A stretch of 64,000 bases of DNA, taken from a bacterium (GTDB lineage: Bacteria > Margulisbacteria > Marinamargulisbacteria > SXXA01). The notes beneath the pieces are model-generated. The model searched no databases, was not told the origin of the DNA, and was given only the letters and a program-made list of their open reading frames with translations. Made by a program: the position numbers and the translations under genes. Every line of letters begins with the position of its first letter. Position 1 is the first letter of the stretch. Shown in pieces: positions 37,917 to 47,156 of the stretch. Location of the stretch: the NCBI GenBank assembly GCA_947465765.1, contig CANIAP010000001.1, positions 9,349-73,348 of the forward strand. The letters are read 5' to 3'.

Positions 37917-39983
37917 ATGTTGGATTTTTCTATTGGATTGGGTTCGGTATTGAACGACTATTCGCTGCGTCAATTGGGTCGGTTGGGTATTCAGACGGTG
38001 GGGGATGTCTTGGGGTACTTTCCTCGGGGGTACCAAGATCGTCGCAATATCCCCCGTATTTCCCAGGTCGTAGCTGGCGGACTGCAGCTTGCGACAGGGA
38101 TTGTGGCGTCGGTGACTGAAGAAATCGCCAAAAACCGGGTGTCAGTTTTGAAGTGCCGGATCGGGGATGTGAGCGGCTCGATCGAATTGGTTTTTTTTAA
38201 TCAATCATTTCTAAAGCCGGTGTTGAAAGAAGGCCTTCAATTGGTGGTGGCTGGGAAGGTAGAGATCAATTCATACACGGGGAGTCGCCAGTTGATGGTC
38301 TCTGTATTAGATATTATTCGCACCGAAGTGGATCGGCGGATGGCATTGGGTGTGATTGTCCCGATTTATCCGTTGTCTCAAGGGTTATATCAGTCTCGGA
38401 TTCGCGCCATTATTTTGGCGGTTATTGAAAAGTATGTGGGGCAAGTGGATGACCACCTGCCGCTTTGGATTCGAGATAAGTTGAACTTGATGCCCCTTAA
38501 CGCAGCGCTCAAAGAGCTCCACTTGCCCACTTCTCCGGCTCTTTGTACGGCGGCGCGGCAACGGATCATATTTGACGAATTTTTGAGATTTCAGATGACA
38601 TTAGTTGAAAAACGACAGGTTCGGCACCGAGAAACTACTGATATTCGGTTTGTGGCGATGCATCCTTTGGTTGACCGGTATTTGGGGTTACTGACGTATC
38701 GGTTAACCAGAGATCAGTCGTCTGCAATTTCGGATGTTGCCGGTGATGTGACATCTGGGCGGGCAATGAATCGATTGATTCAAGGCGATGTCGGGAGTGG
38801 TAAAACCGATGTGATTGCAGCCGGAATATTGCTCGCCATTGGATCGGGATTCCAAGCCGCGTTGATGGTTCCGACCGAGGTGTTGGCGGACCAGCATTTT
38901 CGCCGATTTTCTGAACAGTTTTCACAGTTGGGGATTGAGGTCATTTTGGTCAAAGGGGGCCAGCGAAGTCGTGAACGAAAAGCGGCAATGGCCCGGATGG
39001 CATCGGGTGATGCACTTGTGGCTATTGGGACCCACGCGTTGATCGAAGATCCGGTGTCGTTACCTCGGCTTGGGTTAGTCGTTGTGGATGAGCAGCATCG
39101 GTTTGGCGTGATGCAACGAATGAAATTGAATCAAAAATCGATGACACCGCATTGTCTTTTTACGACAGCCACTCCGATTCCTCGGTCATTTATGTTGACG
39201 GTATTTGGCGATTTGGACAAAACAATTATCCGAGAACTTCCCCCAGGACGGCGTCCGCCACAAACCGTATTTTTTCCGTTGGGTGCCATCGGAAAAGTCT
39301 GGGAATTGTGCCGTAACCAGCTTGCGGCGGGTCATCAGGCGTATATTGTCTATCCATTGGTGGAGGAGTCCGAAAAGGTTGATTTGGCGTCGGCCATCGA
39401 GGGGCATGTGATGGTATGTCAGGAATTTCCTGGAATCTCAGTTGGTTTGGTCCATGGGCGGCTTGCAAGTGCAGAAAAGACCGACATAATGTCCCGGTTT
39501 AAGGCCGGGGAAATTCAGATGTTAGTGGCAACAACCGTCATTGAGGTGGGGATCGATGTGCCCAATGCCACGGTCATGGTGATCGTCAATGCCGAGCGAT
39601 TTGGCCTATCTCAGTTGCATCAGCTGCGAGGGCGGGTTGGACGCGGGGCGGACCGGAGTTATTGTGTCTTGCTGGGAAAAGCTAAAACGGAAGTCGCGCA
39701 ACGGAGGATGGATGCAATGGTCCAAATATCAGATGGGTTTCAATTGGCGGAGTTGGATTTGAAGTTAAGAGGGCCTGGTGAGCTGTTGGGTACCCGTCAA
39801 TCGGGTTTGCCTCATTTTAAAATGGCTGATTTGGTCCAAGATCAATCCTTGTTGAATTTGGCGCATCGAACAGCGCTGACCCTATTTGAACGTGATTCAG
39901 AACTGACCCGGGTAGAAAATGCCAGTTTGGCCCGATGGTACCGGTCCGCAACCCCGTTTACCGTAGAAACCCGGTTGAACTAA
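37917..39983 (+). CDS. recG: ATP-dependent DNA helicase RecG
   Basis: RLIQGDVGSGKT, DEQHRFG, TATPIPR, ATTVIEVGIDVP and QLHQLRGRVGRG. Start placed at ATG 37917; the ORF opens at 37836. Confidence 0.96.
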   Translation: MLDFSIGLGSVLNDYSLRQLGRLGIQTVGDVLGYFPRGYQDRRNIPRISQVVAGGLQLATGIVASVTEEIAKNRVSVLKCRIGDVSGSIELVFFNQSFLKPVLKEGLQLVVAGKVEINSYTGSRQLMVSVLDIIRTEVDRRMALGVIVPIYPLSQGLYQSRIRAIILAVIEKYVGQVDDHLPLWIRDKLNLMPLNAALKELHLPTSPALCTAARQRIIFDEFLRFQMTLVEKRQVRHRETTDIRFVAMHPLVDRYLGLLTYRLTRDQSSAISDVAGDVTSGRAMNRLIQGDVGSGKTDVIAAGILLAIGSGFQAALMVPTEVLADQHFRRFSEQFSQLGIEVILVKGGQRSRERKAAMARMASGDALVAIGTHALIEDPVSLPRLGLVVVDEQHRFGVMQRMKLNQKSMTPHCLFTTATPIPRSFMLTVFGDLDKTIIRELPPGRRPPQTVFFPLGAIGKVWELCRNQLAAGHQAYIVYPLVEESEKVDLASAIEGHVMVCQEFPGISVGLVHGRLASAEKTDIMSRFKAGEIQMLVATTVIEVGIDVPNATVMVIVNAERFGLSQLHQLRGRVGRGADRSYCVLLGKAKTEVAQRRMDAMVQISDGFQLAELDLKLRGPGELLGTRQSGLPHFKMADLVQDQSLLNLAHRTALTLFERDSELTRVENASLARWYRSATPFTVETRLN

Positions 39984-40579
39984 TGCGGGTCACCTCGGGA
40001 GAGTGGAAAGGGTTTCCCCTCGATTTCCCTAAAGATAGAACCTTTCGGCCCACCCAAGAAAAAGTGAGGGCGGCGGTATTTAACATTCTTCAATCCCAAA
40101 TCAGGGGAGCTGATTTTTTGGATTTGTATTGTGGGACGGGGGCGATGGGTTTTGAGGCCATTTCTCGGGGGGCATCGACGGTGACACTGGTGGATACAAA
40201 TAGTCGATTTGCAGAGAAAAATCGGGACGCGTCGGTGGCGAGACTATTGCCAGAGACTCAAGACGAAACACGACGCCGGATAACGGTGGTCAGCGCAACC
40301 GTTCCGGATTATTTGCGGCAAGTAAAACAGTCGTTTGATGTGATATTTATGGATCCACCCTGGGATCAGGAGGGCCTTTATAAGGATACATTCCGGCTTA
40401 TCGCGGGCTCTGATATACTTCGATTGGATGGTGTGCTGTGTTGTGAGTACCCCAAGCGCCTAGAATTTGCGCTTCCTTCTGGCTTGGCCATTGGGCATCA
40501 GTACGCCTACAGCGACACGATGGTTTCTATGATTTTTCGACGAGAGGTGACTCATGCAAGCGGCGATTTACCCGGGTAG
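39983..40579 (+). CDS. rsmD: 16S rRNA m2G966 methyltransferase
   Basis: MRVTSGEWKG, RPT..KVR.AVFN, DLYCGTGAMG.EA.SRGA and DPPW. TAATG-coupled to recG. Confidence 0.9.
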   Translation: MRVTSGEWKGFPLDFPKDRTFRPTQEKVRAAVFNILQSQIRGADFLDLYCGTGAMGFEAISRGASTVTLVDTNSRFAEKNRDASVARLLPETQDETRRRITVVSATVPDYLRQVKQSFDVIFMDPPWDQEGLYKDTFRLIAGSDILRLDGVLCCEYPKRLEFALPSGLAIGHQYAYSDTMVSMIFRREVTHASGDLPG

Positions 40580-41033
40580 TTTTGATCCGATTACCAATGG
40601 TCATTTGGATGTGGTTCGGCGCGCCTTGTCATTGGTGGACCATGTGGTTGTGGGCGTCATTTACAACCCGGCAAAAGCCCCGTTATTTTCGTTAGAAGAA
40701 CGGATGGATTTGATCCGTACCTTATTTCGAGACGAACCGAGGGTTGAGGTTGCCGCATTTAGTGGGTTGTTGATTGATTTTGCAAGACTCAAGGATGTTT
40801 ATACCATTATTCGCGGATTGCGAGCGGTATCGGATTATGACTACGAATTTCAGATGGCAATTACCAATCGCCATCTCTGTCCTAAGTTGGATACGGTATT
40901 TTTGATGACGGATGTAGCTTATTCGTATCTGAGCTCGAGTTTGGTGAAGCAGGTGGCACGATTTGGGGGCGATGTGTCGTCTTTTGTCCCGATGGAAATT
41001 GAACTTAAATTAAAGGAAAAGCTGGGATTATGA
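40554..41033 (+). CDS. coaD: Phosphopantetheine adenylyltransferase
   Basis: YPGSFDPITNGH, RGLRAVSDYDYE and LSSSLVK. Confidence 0.97.
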   Translation: MQAAIYPGSFDPITNGHLDVVRRALSLVDHVVVGVIYNPAKAPLFSLEERMDLIRTLFRDEPRVEVAAFSGLLIDFARLKDVYTIIRGLRAVSDYDYEFQMAITNRHLCPKLDTVFLMTDVAYSYLSSSLVKQVARFGGDVSSFVPMEIELKLKEKLGL

Positions 41034-41461
41034 ACGAAGTATTGGGACTAATAGATTCGATTGAAGCGACGATTTTAGAAGGAAAAAAAGTGCCCTTTTC
41101 AGAGAAGGTGGTATTGGATGAACGTCGCCTTTTGGGGCTACTCGATAAATTACGGTTGGTGGTTAAAAATGATTCGACACTCATTCGGCGTTCAATCGAA
41201 ATGTCGTCGTCTGATGATGATCGGTCATCGCGGGCCACGGTGGTGATTGAAACCCCAACCGGAATTCATCCAGACGTGTTGCGTCAGGCCGAAGATGAAA
41301 GCCTTCGGGTTCGTCGAAATGCAGACGAGTATGCGGATAATGTTTTGGCTCACCTCCAAATGGTAGTGACCCGCGCCCAAAAAAATATGATTAAGTTAGA
41401 ACAAAGTATTGAATCCGGTCGGGACCATTTGGAAACCCGTCGGAATGAATCGAAAGGATAA
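41030..41461 (+). CDS. Coiled-coil DivIVA-like protein (Cdv3/SepIVA-like, downstream of coaD)
   Basis: VPFSEKVVLD...LDKLR and ADEYAD..L..L patterns, in the usual rsmD-coaD-X position. Confidence 0.6.
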   Translation: MNEVLGLIDSIEATILEGKKVPFSEKVVLDERRLLGLLDKLRLVVKNDSTLIRRSIEMSSSDDDRSSRATVVIETPTGIHPDVLRQAEDESLRVRRNADEYADNVLAHLQMVVTRAQKNMIKLEQSIESGRDHLETRRNESKG

Positions 41462-41465
41462 CCCC

Positions 41466-42191
41466 ATGGCACGCTTGGATGGCCGTGACGCAAATGTGTC
41501 TCGGGAATTGACGATTGTTCGGAATTTTACAAAATATTCCTTGGGATCTGTATTGATTGCGACCGGTGATACGAAAGTATTGTGTACAGCATCGGTCGAA
41601 GACCGGGTTCCTCATTTTTTGAAAGACTCGGGCCAAGGATGGTTGACCGCTGAGTATTCGTTGCTTCCGTCATCTACATCGACGCGTGTTCAGCGTGAAT
41701 TGAATAAAGGACGTCCCTCGGGGCGAACGAACGAGATTCAGCGGCTAATCGGTCGGTCTTTGCGCGCAGCGATTGATTTGAAACGTCTTGGAGAACGGAC
41801 CATCCATATCGATTGCGATGTGCTTCAGGCGGACGGGGGGACCCGGACAGCGTCAGTGACGGGTGCCATGATTGCATTGGCGGATGCCTGCGCCGTTTTG
41901 GTCGCGCGTCGGTCATTAGTGGTGAGTCCGATTATTGCACTGGTTACTGCCGTTAGTGTGGGAATTGTCGATGGTGTTCCCGTAAGCGATTTAACCTATG
42001 AAGAAGATTCCCGAGCCGATGTGGATATGAATATTGTCATGGCCAACGCAGAGACGTTTGTGGAGGTCCAAGGGACGGCGGAAAAGTCGTCGTATAGTCG
42101 GTCCGAGCTTGATGCCATGTTGGGGATTGCTCAAGAATCGTTAAAGAACATGAATGTAAAAATTCGAGCACAGGTGCCTTTGCCGTTTTAA
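41466..42191 (+). CDS. rph: Ribonuclease PH
   Basis: GWLTAEYSLLP, GRTNEIQRLIGRSLR, CDVLQADGGTRTA and EVQGTAE. Start placed at ATG 41466. Confidence 0.96.
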   Translation: MARLDGRDANVSRELTIVRNFTKYSLGSVLIATGDTKVLCTASVEDRVPHFLKDSGQGWLTAEYSLLPSSTSTRVQRELNKGRPSGRTNEIQRLIGRSLRAAIDLKRLGERTIHIDCDVLQADGGTRTASVTGAMIALADACAVLVARRSLVVSPIIALVTAVSVGIVDGVPVSDLTYEEDSRADVDMNIVMANAETFVEVQGTAEKSSYSRSELDAMLGIAQESLKNMNVKIRAQVPLPF

Positions 42192-43081
42192 TGACGCCAT
42201 TTCGTAGTGGTCTTCTCGGCTTTGTGTTCGGAGTGGGGGCGTGTGTTTTCGTAGGGTTTTCTCGCGTGACACCGTTGCCGATGTTGTCACGGGTCAGCGC
42301 GACAATTCAGTCAGCCTATATTGAGCCGGATCTGGATATGAGGGCCTTAGAGATTGGTGCAATTCGTGGCTATTTGGGGTGTTTGAATGACCCCCATACC
42401 CGGTGGATAGATCCAGAAACCTTGCAGAAAATGAGGCATCATCTCAAAGGAGAATCCGAGGTTTCCACAAAGTTCGATACAGTGGATCATGTGACCATTA
42501 TCGGTCGGGTGGGGTATCTCCGAATTACGAGTTTTGAGAGTTTGACTTTGGCCACTGAAGTTCGAACGGTCGTTCGGTCGTTAATTCAACAGGGGGTCAC
42601 GGGGTTGATTATTGATCTAAGAGGGAACGGGGGCGGGCTTTATTCGAGCGGCGTCAAAGTGGCTACTCTTTTTTTGTCCAATGTGCCCGTGGTTCACACG
42701 GTGGATCGAATGGGTCAGTCGCGTACCGAGCGTGCGCCAGGAAATCCGGAATTTGGGGCGATTCCATTGGTTGTTTTGGTTAATGAGAGGTCTGCGTCGT
42801 CATCCGAGATTTTTGCGGGGGCGATTCAAGATAATCGTCGTGGAAAAATAATTGGGCATTCGACCTACGGAAAAGCGACGATGCAAAAAGTACTGCCACT
42901 TCAGGACGGTTCGGCGGTGTTGTACACGACGGGGAGGTATCTCACCCCGTTGGGTCACGATATTTCAAAAAAAGGGATTGCAGTGGATGTGGCGTTGCCC
43001 AAGTCGGAAGAACCCACCGGGAATGTCGCGATGGACCCCCAGGTGCGGGCGGCCCAACGCCTTCTTGAAACCGGGACCTAG
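42191..43081 (+). CDS. S41 family C-terminal processing peptidase, lacking a PDZ domain
   Basis: LNDPHT, GYLRITSF, IDLRGNGGG, SASSSEI and TYGKA..Q. Confidence 0.88.
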   Translation: MTPFRSGLLGFVFGVGACVFVGFSRVTPLPMLSRVSATIQSAYIEPDLDMRALEIGAIRGYLGCLNDPHTRWIDPETLQKMRHHLKGESEVSTKFDTVDHVTIIGRVGYLRITSFESLTLATEVRTVVRSLIQQGVTGLIIDLRGNGGGLYSSGVKVATLFLSNVPVVHTVDRMGQSRTERAPGNPEFGAIPLVVLVNERSASSSEIFAGAIQDNRRGKIIGHSTYGKATMQKVLPLQDGSAVLYTTGRYLTPLGHDISKKGIAVDVALPKSEEPTGNVAMDPQVRAAQRLLETGT

Positions 43082-43082
43082 G

Positions 43083-43436
43083 TTAGGGTTTCTTTGTCTT
43101 CTTCATTTTGTCTAACTGATAGACAAACGCAAGGACTTCGGCGACCAATGTATATAACTCGCCAGGAATTTCAGTATTTAAATCCAATTTGCTGAGCAAT
43201 TCGGTTAGCGTTTCATCCTCATAGAACGGGATTCGATTTTCTTCGGCTAACTCTAATATTTTCTCAGCAACTGAGGCCCTTCCTGTTGCCACAATTTTAG
43301 GGGCTTTGTCTTTCCCTACCTGATATTTAACGGCGATTGCCCGGAGGTCTTTTCGCTCTGGCAACTGGAGCTCATCAAGATGACGCTTGAGCTTTCTGGC
43401 TTTTTTATTAAGTAAGGCCTGAGGTATTTTTTTCAT
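43083..43436 (-). CDS. Stand-alone FlhB C-terminal-like protein (FlhX/YlqH type)
   Basis: AIAVKY....KAPKIVATG...AEKI...A.E..IP..ED..L and EIP.ELY..VAEVL. Confidence 0.88.
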   Translation of the reverse strand: MKKIPQALLNKKARKLKRHLDELQLPERKDLRAIAVKYQVGKDKAPKIVATGRASVAEKILELAEENRIPFYEDETLTELLSKLDLNTEIPGELYTLVAEVLAFVYQLDKMKKTKKP

Positions 43437-44722
43437 ACTTCGGTGTTGATTCTAGATAATGTATCAAGGTTAAGTTTGGGTAAAAGTAACTGCTTAATAT
43501 CGATTTTGTTTTCAGTGGTTTTGAGGCCAACTAATTCGTAACCGTGGGTACTGATCTGGTCTTTAAACTCACCAATCCATTGGGTTACTAGCTGACGACT
43601 GTCGGATCGATCGCTGCTGACAGTCATCCAAAGTTTTTTGTCGAGCACATCAAGAATCACGGCCATCTCGCCCAAATCCTTTGTCTCAAATTTGACGATG
43701 ATGCGGGTTTTTTGGGTATTGTATTCAGTTTTCTTTTTCAGAGGGTCTTTTCTTACGAGAAGTTCCATCACGGCCTGACCTTGCATCCATGGATTGGGAA
43801 ACTGCCAGTATCCAAATCGATCGTTCCCCACCTGTTGGGCCACTTGTTCTGACATAATGGCTTGGCTGGTTAGAGATTCCAAGAAGCCGGAGATGCCACC
43901 CTGGAGGGCGGTGGAGGACTTTAGGAATCGCTCCAATGCGGAGGTCATCCCTTCTTGGGACATTTTTTGACGGAGTCCTCCAATAAATTCATACAAGGCT
44001 TTAAAGTCCTTGATGAGACCCCCGCGACTCAGTTCTGACCAATCCATTCGTTCGTTAGGATCTTTGGAGAGTTTTTTTAATGCGTCATCCAGTTCGGAGA
44101 CTGCGGCACCTAGGCCCGCTAAAAGGCCCGAATCTAGGAACGTGCTGGCAAAGTTCATACTGAGCTGAAACTGGGACATCGCTGATTGGAGTTGCTGCAA
44201 TTGCTGGTTGATTTGGAGTTGATTGTTGAGGAAATGGCCGATGATATCGACACTTCGGGGTGTTTCAGCTAACCCTTTTGACAGGCTGGCTACGGAGGAT
44301 TCGAGTGAATTGGTTGATTTTCTCCCCTTGACCAAGGTTTGAACTGTTTCAAAGTTTGAGGCAGATGCCTCCAAGCCAAATTGAAGAATGGTCGACATAA
44401 TTTGAATATTGTCTGTTGTGGGCGCTTTTTGAATGTGGACGAGTTCATCGACGATGTCCGCTCTAGAAATCGGTCGGGCAATGTTTTCTCTGGGGGAGGG
44501 TGAGGGTGTCCCGTCGGCCTTAGTTACTGGTTTCAGCGCGGATACTTTTCCGGCGCTATCGACGGCAGGCGGGGCATTTACGTTTTTGTTGACGCTTTGA
44601 CTTTCTTCGATCGCGAACGCTTTTTTAATGTTGCCGGATTCATCAACCTTTGGGGATGATTTGACTGAAGGATCGAAAATGCCAGAATGGCGTGGTCCGC
44701 TTGCGTTAATTCCGAAACCCAT
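43433..44722 (-). CDS. FliK-like (hook-length control C-terminal domain) protein
   Basis: Low-complexity N-terminus and C-terminal IVKFETKDLGEMAVILDVLDKKLWMTVSS. ATGA-coupled to the FlhB-like gene, a known pairing. Confidence 0.6.
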   Translation of the reverse strand: MGFGINASGPRHSGIFDPSVKSSPKVDESGNIKKAFAIEESQSVNKNVNAPPAVDSAGKVSALKPVTKADGTPSPSPRENIARPISRADIVDELVHIQKAPTTDNIQIMSTILQFGLEASASNFETVQTLVKGRKSTNSLESSVASLSKGLAETPRSVDIIGHFLNNQLQINQQLQQLQSAMSQFQLSMNFASTFLDSGLLAGLGAAVSELDDALKKLSKDPNERMDWSELSRGGLIKDFKALYEFIGGLRQKMSQEGMTSALERFLKSSTALQGGISGFLESLTSQAIMSEQVAQQVGNDRFGYWQFPNPWMQGQAVMELLVRKDPLKKKTEYNTQKTRIIVKFETKDLGEMAVILDVLDKKLWMTVSSDRSDSRQLVTQWIGEFKDQISTHGYELVGLKTTENKIDIKQLLLPKLNLDTLSRINTEV

Positions 44723-44809
44723 ATACTCAATTCACCTCGGTGCTTTAATTCCCTTAAGTGGGTCTACCTAACCACAATCGAAGAAACTTAGAAAATACTT
44801 GTATCCAAA

Positions 44810-45676
44810 TTACACCGTTTTTTTCGTCTCAGGGAGAGTGGGGAGCCCTAAGCTACTGTTGTAGGCTTGTTGTAGGGCACGCGTCAACTCTCTTGACTTG
44901 ATGTGGGGATATTTTTCAAGTGTATCAACAAGGACAATTCCTTTGAGTGAGCTGGTTAAAAACACTTCCTGAAATTCATCTAAATCGCTCAGTAAAATCT
45001 CTTGTTCACAGATGTCGACGTCAAATTCTTCTGCCTTTTCGAGAAGGTAGCGACGGGTTACGCCCGGTAAAATGTATTGGGATTTGGGCGTGAAGAGTAC
45101 GTTTCCTCGTGCAAAGAAAACATTGGCGGTCGGGGTTTCTAATATCGCTTTTTTGTCGGAATATAAAATGACATCGTCGTAGGGGTCGCACAGGGCTTTT
45201 TCAAGGATGTTTTTGACGTATGACAGCATTTTGAACTGGTCAATTTGAATTCTCTGAAATGATTCTTGGCGAATTCCCAAGTGAATGCCGATATTGGCCC
45301 GGGTTTGGGTCATGGGTCGAAGGATAATGAGTACCATGGGGCGTCCCATGACAACTCGATGAGTGCCCACTGGACGATCACCTGGGCTGACGTAGATATT
45401 TAATGTGGCACCGTCGTCGATCTTGTTTTGCTCAACAAGGTCCGCGACGATTTCTTTGACGCGGTCTTGGGTTACGGCCAATTCAATGCCCAAGATAATG
45501 GCTGACGATTCCAATCGTTCCCAATGTTTTTCAAATAGAATGGGTTTTTTATGGAAAATACGCACGGTTTCGAACAATCCATAGCCGTACAAAAACCCGT
45601 AATCGTCATACGGAAACGGTACCGACTGTGCGGGTCTTATTTTCTCTTGGTAGTATACAAGTGGGTAGAGATTCAT
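44810..45676 (-). CDS. Class IV PLP aminotransferase / aminodeoxychorismate lyase-like
   Basis: GFLYGYGLFET, HWERL, KMLSY, ETPTANVF and ILPGVTR. Start placed at ATG 45676. Confidence 0.85.
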   Translation of the reverse strand: MNLYPLVYYQEKIRPAQSVPFPYDDYGFLYGYGLFETVRIFHKKPILFEKHWERLESSAIILGIELAVTQDRVKEIVADLVEQNKIDDGATLNIYVSPGDRPVGTHRVVMGRPMVLIILRPMTQTRANIGIHLGIRQESFQRIQIDQFKMLSYVKNILEKALCDPYDDVILYSDKKAILETPTANVFFARGNVLFTPKSQYILPGVTRRYLLEKAEEFDVDICEQEILLSDLDEFQEVFLTSSLKGIVLVDTLEKYPHIKSRELTRALQQAYNSSLGLPTLPETKKTV

Positions 45677-45753
45677 CAATGTAACCTTTGAAATAGGATA
45701 CACAGGTTTAAATTTACACGGTAGTGGGGGGATTTTGATGAGGAGAAAATCTA

Positions 45754-47031
45754 ATGATGGAAAAATCACGTCGATTATTTGAAGATGCCCAGACCATTTT
45801 AGTCGGAGGGGTTAATAGCCCGGTTCGGGCATTTAAAAGTGTTGGAGGAACACCCCTTTTTTTTAGTCACGGTTCTGGTGCGTATTTGAGTTCAGCAGAT
45901 GGGGAGTCCTATTTGGACTATGTCTTATCTTGGGGGCCAATGATCTTGGGTCACGCGGATCCTGATGTACTTGATTCTGTAATCACAACCTTTCGTCGTG
46001 GCGTATCATTTGGCGCACCCACCGAATTGGAGACGGTATTAGCCCGGTTGGTTCACTCTTATTTCCCTTCGATGGAGCGAGTTCGGTTTGTCAATTCGGG
46101 TACTGAGGCGTGTATGAGTGCGATTCGTTTGGCACGCGGATTTACTGGACGGAAGCGAATCGTTAAATTTGATGGGTGTTATCACGGACACGCCGATTCC
46201 CTTTTGGTTGCGGCCGGATCGGGAGGGTTGACATTGGGGATACCGGATAGTGCGGGCGTTCTCCCTGAGTTGGCCCACTATACTACCGTGCTTCCGTATA
46301 ACGATAGTGTGGCACTGAGGCAGTGTTTTTCGGAGATTGGATCTGAAATTGCGGCAGTTATTGTCGAGCCAGTGGCCGGAAATATGGGGGTGATTGTTCC
46401 AGATAGCACTTTCCTGGTGACCCTGAGAGAGGTGTGCACCGAATTCGGAGCTTTACTTATTTTTGATGAGGTGATGACCGGATTTCGAGTGAGTCTCGGC
46501 GGTGCTCAGGGTATTTTTGGAATCACGCCTGATTTGACCTGTCTGGGGAAGGTGGTGGGTGGGGGGATGCCCTGCGCTGCTTATGGCGGCCGGGCGGATG
46601 TCATGATGCAATTATCGCCGTGTGGACCGGTATATCAGGCCGGAACGTTGTCGGGAAATCCTGTGGCGATGGCGTCCGGGATCGCGACGTTGTCAAAGCT
46701 AAAAGATGCTACGCTATTTAATGCAGCGGTTTCCCATACAGATGCGTTGGTATCGGGGCTCCGAGAGCGGATCCAACGGAAGGGCATTCCCGCGACGGTG
46801 GCCCAATGTGGGACGATGTGGACTCTGTTTTTTAATCCGGACCCTGTACATAATCTGAGTAATGCGATGGCCTGCGACCGGGAGCGATTTGCCCGGTATT
46901 ACCATGGGATGTTGGACCAATATATCTATTTGGCGCCGTCTCAGTTTGAGTCAAATTTTGTTTCCTCGTGCCACGGGGACCGTGAACTTGAGCTCATATT
47001 AAATGCATTTGATAAAGGTTTAGAGTTGTAA
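45754..47031 (+). CDS. hemL: Glutamate-1-semialdehyde 2,1-aminomutase
   Basis: GGVNSPVRAF, NSGTEA, YHGHAD, FDEVMTGFR and YQAGTLSGNP. Confidence 0.97.
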   Translation: MMEKSRRLFEDAQTILVGGVNSPVRAFKSVGGTPLFFSHGSGAYLSSADGESYLDYVLSWGPMILGHADPDVLDSVITTFRRGVSFGAPTELETVLARLVHSYFPSMERVRFVNSGTEACMSAIRLARGFTGRKRIVKFDGCYHGHADSLLVAAGSGGLTLGIPDSAGVLPELAHYTTVLPYNDSVALRQCFSEIGSEIAAVIVEPVAGNMGVIVPDSTFLVTLREVCTEFGALLIFDEVMTGFRVSLGGAQGIFGITPDLTCLGKVVGGGMPCAAYGGRADVMMQLSPCGPVYQAGTLSGNPVAMASGIATLSKLKDATLFNAAVSHTDALVSGLRERIQRKGIPATVAQCGTMWTLFFNPDPVHNLSNAMACDRERFARYYHGMLDQYIYLAPSQFESNFVSSCHGDRELELILNAFDKGLEL

Positions 47032-47100
47032 AAAGTTGGGAAGTTCTGTTTTGTATTTCCAAACTATAATTTTGTAAATCAACCAGCCGTTGAGGACTGG

Positions 47101-47129
47101 TTTTAAATTGGCCCAAGCTCATTTATAAT
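47101..47129 (+). promoter_or_regulatory. Possible sigma70 promoter of the motor operon
   Basis: TATAAT at 47124-47129 with only a weak -35 (ttttaa) 17 nt upstream. SD gggag before ATG 47157. Confidence 0.4.
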
Positions 47130-47156
47130 GCATCGATCCTGAAGGGAGTTTTAAGT

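Noticed and set aside
44810-47031. Overlap of the class IV aminotransferase and hemL starts
   Set aside because: An artefact of the longest-ORF start. With ATG 45676 the genes are simply divergent with a 77-bp gap.
47034-47065. Hairpin after hemL as a terminator
   Set aside because: The stem is imperfect and AT-rich with a long loop, so it is not convincing.
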